Origin: a bacterium
GTDB taxonomy: Bacteria > JADJOY01
Assembly: GCA_046331705.1 (NCBI GenBank)
Contig: JAXLQJ010000028.1
Span: 1 to 64,000, forward strand
DNA length: 64,000 bases
Reading direction: 5' to 3'
Position numbers and translations under genes: made by a program. This document shows, piece after piece, positions 47,188 through 54,748 of the stretch (its first letter is position 1; each line of letters begins with the position of its first letter). The notes beneath the pieces are model-generated. The model saw nothing but the letters and a program-made list of their open reading frames with translations. It ran no database searches and had not been told where the DNA came from.

Positions 47188-48719
47188 CCGCCCCGACGCC
47201 TGCGCGGCACGACCGTCCAGCTCACTGCGCGACGACGCGCGCGCAACGCGCGGGTCGCCAGCAGCAATCCGACCGCCACCACGACCGGGGCCATGCCCGT
47301 CGCCGCGCCCCGTCGCACCGCGGCGCAGCCGTGGTCGCAGACGTCGCCCAAGCCATCGTGGTCGGCGTCCGCCTGGTCCACGTTCGCGACCGTGGGGCAG
47401 TTGTCGAACTCGTCGGGGACCGAGTCGGAGTCGGCATCGTCGAGGGCGATCAGATAGGCCTTGCCGGCCTTGGGTGCGTACTGGTCCGAGCGCACCGCGG
47501 TGGCGACCATGAACCCGTGCCCCGCCACCACCGCGCCGAGGCTCTCGAGGGTGGAGCCGTCGATTCGCTTCGCCTCGGTCCACGTGGTTCCAGAGCGGTG
47601 ATAGAGGTACTCGGCGCCAGCGAGAGTCCCGCCCGCCGCATGCCCGGGAGCGGCGACGATGGCGGTATCCCCCACCAGGGCACCGTACGTGCCGTAGACG
47701 TCGAGCTCGGCGCCCTCGCTCGGCAGCAGCTTCACGGTCTGCGTCCACGCGCCGTTCGGCTGCCGATCGAAGACGTAAGCGGCGCCAGCGTCGAGCGCCA
47801 CGTTGTCCACGCGCCGCGAGCCGATCAGCACCCGGTCGCCATCGAGGCTCACGAACTGGCCGAAGCGCCCTTGGGTCTCTGCGTCGTTCGCCGTCATCCG
47901 CGCCATCTGCACCCACTGTCCGTTCTGCAGCTCGAAGATGAACGCCGAGCCGTTCTGCTGAAGCGGATCGTCGGCGAGGTGGGCACCGATCGCCATGCGG
48001 GTTCCCGACGCATCGATCGAGATCGTCTCGCCGAAGTGCCACTGGAAGCGTTCGACGGGAACGAGCGTCTGGGTCTGGGTCCAAACCCCGTTGGTGCGCT
48101 GGAAGACGTAAGCCGTGGAGATCCAGAACGCGCCCACGACCAGCATGTCGCCGTGCAGCGCGAGCGAGTAGCCGAAATAGTCGCCGATCGCGCTCTCCGC
48201 GGGCTGCAGCCGCGCCGTCTGCGTCCACTGACCCGCGTTCTTCTCGTAGACGTAGACCGCGCCGGGATAGTTGGTCGGCGGGCTGGGGCGCGGCTCCGGC
48301 CGCGCCGGACCGCTTCCGCCGACCACGATCGTGTTGCCGTCCACTCCGATGCCGTTGCCGAACCATTGGTCGATCTGGGGATCGGACGGATGCAGCTCGG
48401 CGGTCTGCGTCCACTTCGAGCCGCTTCGCTCGTAGACGAACGCCTTGCCCGGACCGGGGCTCCCCGCGATCGACGACATGATCGCGCCGACCACGATGAT
48501 GTTGCCGTCCGGGTCCATCGTGACCGTCTGCCCGAACATGTCGCCGAGCTGCGCCGGATCGCCGTGCAGCTCCGCCCAGGGCGATTGGACCGCCGCGCGC
48601 GCCCGTCCCGCCGTGAAGAGCATCGCCGCGACCACCCACGCTGCGCGCGAGGCCCGGTGAAGATGATTTTTGTTCTCAGCGAAGCACGATCGTCCATGTG
48701 CGCGGGCACTGGGTACCAT
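47172..48719 (-). CDS. FG-GAP repeat protein with thrombospondin type-3 repeat and Cys-TM-Arg tail (start uncertain)
   Basis: FGxSxALxGDxLVVGA repeats; DADSDSVPDEFDNCPTVANVDQADADHDGLGDVCD; tail HGCA...LLLATRALRARRR. Confidence 0.8.
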   Translation of the reverse strand: MVPSARAHGRSCFAENKNHLHRASRAAWVVAAMLFTAGRARAAVQSPWAELHGDPAQLGDMFGQTVTMDPDGNIIVVGAIMSSIAGSPGPGKAFVYERSGSKWTQTAELHPSDPQIDQWFGNGIGVDGNTIVVGGSGPARPEPRPSPPTNYPGAVYVYEKNAGQWTQTARLQPAESAIGDYFGYSLALHGDMLVVGAFWISTAYVFQRTNGVWTQTQTLVPVERFQWHFGETISIDASGTRMAIGAHLADDPLQQNGSAFIFELQNGQWVQMARMTANDAETQGRFGQFVSLDGDRVLIGSRRVDNVALDAGAAYVFDRQPNGAWTQTVKLLPSEGAELDVYGTYGALVGDTAIVAAPGHAAGGTLAGAEYLYHRSGTTWTEAKRIDGSTLESLGAVVAGHGFMVATAVRSDQYAPKAGKAYLIALDDADSDSVPDEFDNCPTVANVDQADADHDGLGDVCDHGCAAVRRGAATGMAPVVVAVGLLLATRALRARRRAVSWTVVPRRRRGGQLAR

Positions 48720-48975
48720 CGGAAGCTCCTGGACCGTGCCTGACCAGCCGGACGCGGTGTGACGATCGGGTGAAACGACGAGACGAGGGAATTTGATCGT
48801 AGCTCCGCCACGGCTCGACGCGCCAGGCCGCAACCAGGAGCGTCGGCGGGCTCATTCCGACGCGCCGCGTCGGCCGCGCGCGCCGCGCGAGCGTCCGAGC
48901 GTCGGCGGGAGTTGCTCGCGAGACGAGTCTCCTGAGAGAGTCGTTCTCATGACTCCGCCTCGAAGGGAACCCCAC

Positions 48976-50781
48976 ATGCAACCGCTTTCGTCTCCGGCGG
49001 GCTCGCCGGCAACGCCAGAGATCGCCCGCCGCCGCTTGCTCGGGCTGGTGTTGATGGCACTTCCGCTGTCGCTGGCGTGCCATCAAGTGACCTCGGTCAC
49101 ACCAAACCCAGCGACGCCGCAGCAAATCGTCCGGATCGCGGGCTCGGGCTTCGGCGCCCAGCCCCAGACGGGCGATCAGGTGACGCTCGACGGTCAGGTG
49201 CTCGAGGTCGTCGCGTGGGCGGACAAGGAGATCCAGGCTCGCCTTCCGTACGGCAAGATCAGCGGCAGCTACCCCTTGGTGGTGCGGAGGCTGAACGCGG
49301 ACTCGTCGCCGATCCAGCTCGCGATCACCCCGGGCAACGCCAACTTCATGGCGAATCTGAGCCTCACGGTGAATCCCAAGAACCACTTATCTTGGTTCGT
49401 GGAGTTCGACACCGCGCACCCATCCACCGCGTCCGCGACCATCGCCAGCGCGGCCGGGACGTTCGCGGTGCCGAGCCAGGGCATCGCCTCCACGGTCGGC
49501 GGCTCCCATCACCGCGTGGTGATCCTGGGCCTGCGGGTGGACACCGACCACACGGTGCGCGTGACCGCCGACGACGGCGCGAGCTCGATCGACGCCACCG
49601 TGCCCATCCACCCAGCACCCCTGCCGACGGATTTCCAACCGCCCATCCAGACGCTCGTCAGCGAGCCCGCGTCGATGGCGCCCGGCTACACGATGTTTCC
49701 GGCCCACACCGGCAGCGACCTCAACAACCCGGTGGGCAACATCTACATCGTCGACAGCGCCGGAAAGCTCGTCTGGTACCACGTGGTGCAGAGCAAGATC
49801 GACGACGTCGAGTACCTCTCGAACGGGCACGTGCTCTACGCAAGCCACGGCACGATCATCGAGATCGACATGCTCGGCAACGAGATCCGTCGCTACACCG
49901 CCGCCGACATCGGCGTACCCGCGCTGCACCACATGGTCACCGAGCTGCCCAACGGCAACCTGGTGACGCTCTACCCGGACATGCGCGTGATCGGCGGATA
50001 TCCGGGGAACGTGAGCTACAAGGTGGTCGCCGACGGCATCGCCGAGTTCACCCGCGACGGTCATCCGGTGCGGCTCTATCCGCTCTGGGATTACCTCGAT
50101 CCCTACCGGATCATCGATCAGCTCGGCTGGGTGATCCCCGTGTGGCCCGACATCTTCGGCGCCGACTCCCGCACGCTCACCGGCGCCAACGGCGTCGTCT
50201 ACGACCCCAGCGACGACTCGTTCCTGGTCTCGATGCGCCAGCAAGACATCGTGCTCAAGGTCAGCCGCGCCACCGGCGAGCGCAAGTGGGTCCTGGGCCA
50301 GGATTGGGCGGGGAGCACCGGCGACGACGATTGGCCCTACCTGACGCTGGTCGGGCCCGGATTGCTACCCATCCACCAGCACGCGCCCAACCTGCTGCCC
50401 GACGGGCACCTGATGCTCTACGACAACGGCAACTCGCGGCAGCTTCCCGAGTTCTCGAGGCCGGTCGAGTACGCGATCGATGGTGCCAACCTCACGGTCT
50501 CCGAGGTGTGGTCGTGGGTGGATCCCGCCTACGACCCGCCGCTCTTCTCGATCTTCACCGGCGACGCCGATCGGCTCGGCAACGGCAACGTGCTGGTCAG
50601 CGATACGGGGTTGTGGGACGACTACCCGTTCGGGCTGCGGTGGATCCGCTTCGCCGAGGTCCGCCCGGCGGACGATCACAAGGTCTGGGAGATCCAGGTG
50701 AGAGGAATCGGCGTCTCCTGGACGGGCTACAACGGCAAGCGAATCCCCACGCTCTACGCCGGCTTCGCCGCCGCCCAGTAA
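48976..50781 (+). CDS. Aryl-sulfate sulfotransferase-family protein with N-terminal IPT/TIG-like domain, possible lipoprotein
   Basis: RRRLL...LSLAC signal; IAGSGFG (IPT-like); LHHMVTELPNGN, VVYDPSDDSFLVSMRQQ, HQHAP, YDNGN, SRPVEY. Confidence 0.75.
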   Translation: MQPLSSPAGSPATPEIARRRLLGLVLMALPLSLACHQVTSVTPNPATPQQIVRIAGSGFGAQPQTGDQVTLDGQVLEVVAWADKEIQARLPYGKISGSYPLVVRRLNADSSPIQLAITPGNANFMANLSLTVNPKNHLSWFVEFDTAHPSTASATIASAAGTFAVPSQGIASTVGGSHHRVVILGLRVDTDHTVRVTADDGASSIDATVPIHPAPLPTDFQPPIQTLVSEPASMAPGYTMFPAHTGSDLNNPVGNIYIVDSAGKLVWYHVVQSKIDDVEYLSNGHVLYASHGTIIEIDMLGNEIRRYTAADIGVPALHHMVTELPNGNLVTLYPDMRVIGGYPGNVSYKVVADGIAEFTRDGHPVRLYPLWDYLDPYRIIDQLGWVIPVWPDIFGADSRTLTGANGVVYDPSDDSFLVSMRQQDIVLKVSRATGERKWVLGQDWAGSTGDDDWPYLTLVGPGLLPIHQHAPNLLPDGHLMLYDNGNSRQLPEFSRPVEYAIDGANLTVSEVWSWVDPAYDPPLFSIFTGDADRLGNGNVLVSDTGLWDDYPFGLRWIRFAEVRPADDHKVWEIQVRGIGVSWTGYNGKRIPTLYAGFAAAQ

Positions 50782-50882
50782 CGCGACGATCGGCGACGCG
50801 CGATTCGAGTCGGGCGCAGACCTCGGCCGCGTCGTCGGCGCGGCCGGGTCTGCGTTCCGGAGGCTTCCGACGGAACCCCGGC

Positions 50883-52868
50883 TCAGGCTCGTACGAACCG
50901 GCGGCGCAGCAGCTTGAGGCCGGCGAACAGGAACATCGCCGCGCCGAGCGAGCCGCCGAGGCCCGCGGATCCCGAGCCCGTCGTGCCCACCGCAGCGTCC
51001 GCCGCTTGCGGCGTCAGGCAGCCCGGCGTGGCGGCGTTGCAGTCGTCGTCGATTCCATTGCCCGGGATCTCGACGGCTCCAGGATGGACCGCGGCGTTGG
51101 CGTCGTTGCAGTCGACGGCACCGCACGCGCCGCCCTCGGTCGAGTAGCCGTCGTAGTCGCCATCGGTGCACGGAGCGCCGTTCACCTCGTAGGCGCCACG
51201 GTCGCAGACACCGGCGTTGCGTGCGTAGTGGCGCTGGTCGAAGCTCGGACACGCCGCCGCCAGGCCGGTGTTGATCGCGGGGCTGCCGGTGCCGAGGGCC
51301 TGTGTCCAGGTGGCCCCACCGTTGTTCGCGAGCGCTTGCAGGTTGAGCGACGCCGCGGAGATCGCGGCCAGGTCTCCCGAGCCTGACAGGGCGCAGGTGT
51401 TGGCCGGGCTCTCCAGGTTTCCGCCCGAGGAGGTGACGGCGACCGTGCCATCACACGCCTCGCCGGTGGTGGCACCACCCGGCACGACCGCGAGGCTCGC
51501 GGCGATGACGGTGTTGACCAACGTCGTCGAGCCGTCGGAGTTGAGCGCGCCACCGAGGACCGCGCCTGCGGTGCCGACGCCAGGGGCGCCACCGGTCACC
51601 TGGTTGTCGGCGAGCGTGGCGCTCGTGAGCGTCACCGTACCGTCGGAGTCGATCGCACCGCCGGATGCCGCACCGCCCACGCTGGCGATGAGCGAGGAGC
51701 CCGCCCCGCCGGTGGCGAGGTTCTTGGCGAACGTCGAGTTCGTGACCGCGAGCGTGGCGCCACCCGCCACGAACGCTCCCGCACCGCCGCCCGCACCGCC
51801 ATTTCCGCCGAGGTTCGAGGTGTTGCCGGTCGCGGTGTTCTCCGCCACCAGGCTCTGCGTGAGGCTGACCGTGCCGCCTCCGACGTAGAGCGCGCCGCCG
51901 CGTGCCGCGCCCCCCGTCACGCCGCGTCCCCCGGTGGTGGAGTTCCGCGCGAAGAGCGTGTCGAGAATCGTCGCGGTCGCCCCGTAAGACGCGACACCTC
52001 CGCCGGCCGAGCCGGGCGCGCCGACACCGAAGTACCCGTCTTGCCCGGAGGTGGCGGCGTTGTCCTGGATCGTCGAGTTGCGGATCGAGAGCAAACCCTG
52101 GCTGAGGATTCCGCCACCGGTGCCCGTCCCTGCGGGCTGGCCGAACATGCACGAGCACGACATCGAGCAGCAGCCGGTGCCGCCGTTTCCGCCCGCGGCG
52201 ACGTTCTGACTCACCTCGACGGTGTCGAGGGTGAGGCTGCCGGTGCTCGAGCTCAGGATCCCACCGGCGGTCGCGCTGCCGCCGCCGGCGCTCGAGTTGC
52301 CGTTGCCGCCGGTCGCGCGGTTGTCGACGACGCGCGCCCGCGTGAGCGTGAGATCGCCGTCGTTCCAGATGCCGCCCGCAGACACCGACTGATTGGTGCC
52401 GCCGGTGAGGCGCGCGCCGCTGAGGGTGAGGTCCGAGATCTCCACGAGCGCGCTCGACGCGATCTGCAAGATGCGATCGCCGAGCCCGCTGGCGCTGATC
52501 GTGGTGCTCGCGGCGCTGGCGCCGCGAATCGTGAGCGACTCGGTCACGTCCAGGTCGCCGGTGGCGCTCGCGTCCTCGCCCGCGCCGGGAATCGAGAGCG
52601 TATACGTGCCCGCCGCCAGCACGATCGTGTCCGCGCCCACGCTGCCAGCCGCGCACGCGTCCACGGCGACGTTGCCGTTCGCCGCCTGGATCGCCTCGCG
52701 CAACGTGCAGTTCCCGTTGGCACCCAGGTTGGCGTCATCGGCCGTCACGCTGACGTTGTAGACGGTTGCGCGGGCGGTGCCGGCGAGCAACAGCGCGGCG
52801 CCGAGCACCGCGGAGAAGCGCGGCACGATTCGGCGAGCGGTGATCGGATGCGCACTGCAACGATGCAT
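50883..52868 (-). CDS. CSLREA-domain Gly-rich surface protein with putative metal-binding repeat and Cys-TM-Arg tail
   Basis: GNCTLREA; Gly-rich beta-helix repeats; LANNGGATWTQAL...CDRGAYE; DCNDANAAVHPGAVEIPGNGIDDDCN; tail PGC...FAGLKLLRRRF. Confidence 0.8.
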   Translation of the reverse strand: MHRCSAHPITARRIVPRFSAVLGAALLLAGTARATVYNVSVTADDANLGANGNCTLREAIQAANGNVAVDACAAGSVGADTIVLAAGTYTLSIPGAGEDASATGDLDVTESLTIRGASAASTTISASGLGDRILQIASSALVEISDLTLSGARLTGGTNQSVSAGGIWNDGDLTLTRARVVDNRATGGNGNSSAGGGSATAGGILSSSTGSLTLDTVEVSQNVAAGGNGGTGCCSMSCSCMFGQPAGTGTGGGILSQGLLSIRNSTIQDNAATSGQDGYFGVGAPGSAGGGVASYGATATILDTLFARNSTTGGRGVTGGAARGGALYVGGGTVSLTQSLVAENTATGNTSNLGGNGGAGGGAGAFVAGGATLAVTNSTFAKNLATGGAGSSLIASVGGAASGGAIDSDGTVTLTSATLADNQVTGGAPGVGTAGAVLGGALNSDGSTTLVNTVIAASLAVVPGGATTGEACDGTVAVTSSGGNLESPANTCALSGSGDLAAISAASLNLQALANNGGATWTQALGTGSPAINTGLAAACPSFDQRHYARNAGVCDRGAYEVNGAPCTDGDYDGYSTEGGACGAVDCNDANAAVHPGAVEIPGNGIDDDCNAATPGCLTPQAADAAVGTTGSGSAGLGGSLGAAMFLFAGLKLLRRRFVRA

Positions 52869-53002
52869 GGGTCCCCCTGGATCGACGCGGGTCGACACCC
52901 GCCGTTGGCGCGATCCCTCACTCTACCGACGTCGCGCCAGGCGCGCCACGGAACGGGAAACGGATGCGCGCGGCCCGCGGAACAACCTGGGTGAGGCCAG
53001 CC

Positions 53003-54748
53003 TCAGCGGCCGCGCTCGCCCAGCCAGCTGGCGAGGTCGACGCGGAAGATGCCCTCCTGGCTGCCCGCCCACAGCACGTCGTCGACCGGATCGAGCATCA
53101 GCGATTGCGCCTTCTTGCCGATGGGAATGCGCTTCACGATCCGCGTGGGATCGCCGTACTCGAACGCCCAGAGCTCACCCGGCAAGAACGCCAGCGCGTA
53201 GAAGAGCTCGCGCTTGGGGTCGAAGAGCAGGTTCCGCGAGTTGAGCGGCCCGCGGAACGAGCGCACCGGCCTGAGCGGTGCCAGCGAGTACTCGTAGAAA
53301 CGATCCGAGAAGAAGCTCGCGGCGACCAGCGTGCGCTTGCCGGGGATGGTGATGAAGTCGAGCCCGCCCTCGGGCAACACTTGCTTGTCCACGACCGTCA
53401 GCGTCGCGGGATCCACCTCGAGAAGCAGGAACCGATCGTGGCGATCGGTCATGCCCAGCTCGGCGTAGAGGTGCCCCGTGGTGGGATCGTGAAGGACCTT
53501 GAGCAATCCGCTGCGGAAGCGCGTGAGCCCGAGATCGCGCATCGAGAGCTGGCGCACGAACGCCTGGGTGTCGCGCTCGTACTCGGCGAGGATCGGCAGC
53601 TCGTGGAAGGTGATGAAGATCCGCTCGGGAGTGACCGCGAACGACCACGGCGCGATCCGCCCCTGCTCGAGCACGTTCACCTGCCGCACGATGCGCAGCG
53701 GGTCGCCCTCGAAGACCAGGAAGTTCCCCTTGTCCCAGTCCATGCTGAGGATCTCGTCCTGCGCGGGGTTCGACCACAGGTAGCGCGCCAGCCCCGGGAA
53801 CTCGAGGACGCGCGCCTCGTGGGTCGCGAGGTCCACGCGCACCAGGCCCGAGCTCGGGCCGTAGCACGTGAACAGGAAGCGGCGATCGTGTGAGAGCACG
53901 AACTCGCGCATGTACTGCAGATCGAAGTCCGGCGCGGCACCGGGACGCGGATAGACGTGGGTGATGGCGGGATCGTCGACCTTCGGATGCGCGGCACTGC
54001 CCCACGGCAGGAAGCCCACGTAGATCCACAGGATCTGCGACGAGAGCGCGGTCGCGAAGGTGGCCCGCATCGCCCAGCGCAGGTAGCCGAGCGGGATGGC
54101 GATCGCGCCGATCACGAGCGGCACCACGAACGCGATGACGTAGGCCTTCATCTTGCTCGAGCCGAGCTCGAACACGATGAACCAACCGCTCAGCCCGGCC
54201 CAGCCGAGCAGCACCGCGCAGGCCAGCGCGGCCATCCCCCGCGAGCGTCGCGCCAGCGCGAGCGCTAGCAGCGCGGTGACCGCCAGCGTCGCCACCAGCC
54301 CGCCTGGCGCGATGCGAGCCATCAGCAGCAAGTTGAGGGCGATCTTGTGCCACTCGAGCGGGATCCACACGTTCGTGTAGCCCTTGGTGACGCGGCTCAG
54401 CACCAAGAGCGCGGGACCGCTCAGGATGGCGGCGATCCCGAGCAGCTGATCGATCCACGTCTCACGCGAGATCGCCCCCAGCCGACCGTGCGTGACGTAG
54501 AAGTGGCCCATCAGCACGGCGATCGCGCCCAGGAACACGGCCGCGCCGAGCGGTCGCGAGACGACGCCGTCGATGCCGAGCAGCGCGTATTCCACGCCTT
54601 TGTAGGCCAGCACCACGAAGAGCGCCGCGTCGCTCGCGAGCATCGCCGCCGACGACACGCGCGAACGCCGCGGCAGCGCCGCGCAGCCACCCGATGCGGC
54701 AGACGCGCCAGTCTGGGGTCGCGTCTCTTGCTCGTGCTGCGAGCTCAT
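53003..54748 (-). CDS. Membrane-anchored beta-propeller protein, paralog 8 (closest to 26073-27806)
   Basis: TM domain then YGPSSG, GLLKVLHD, RNLLFDPKRELFY, IGKKAQSL; ATG 54748 overlaps the upstream stop. Confidence 0.7.
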   Translation of the reverse strand: MSSQHEQETRPQTGASAASGGCAALPRRSRVSSAAMLASDAALFVVLAYKGVEYALLGIDGVVSRPLGAAVFLGAIAVLMGHFYVTHGRLGAISRETWIDQLLGIAAILSGPALLVLSRVTKGYTNVWIPLEWHKIALNLLLMARIAPGGLVATLAVTALLALALARRSRGMAALACAVLLGWAGLSGWFIVFELGSSKMKAYVIAFVVPLVIGAIAIPLGYLRWAMRATFATALSSQILWIYVGFLPWGSAAHPKVDDPAITHVYPRPGAAPDFDLQYMREFVLSHDRRFLFTCYGPSSGLVRVDLATHEARVLEFPGLARYLWSNPAQDEILSMDWDKGNFLVFEGDPLRIVRQVNVLEQGRIAPWSFAVTPERIFITFHELPILAEYERDTQAFVRQLSMRDLGLTRFRSGLLKVLHDPTTGHLYAELGMTDRHDRFLLLEVDPATLTVVDKQVLPEGGLDFITIPGKRTLVAASFFSDRFYEYSLAPLRPVRSFRGPLNSRNLLFDPKRELFYALAFLPGELWAFEYGDPTRIVKRIPIGKKAQSLMLDPVDDVLWAGSQEGIFRVDLASWLGERGR

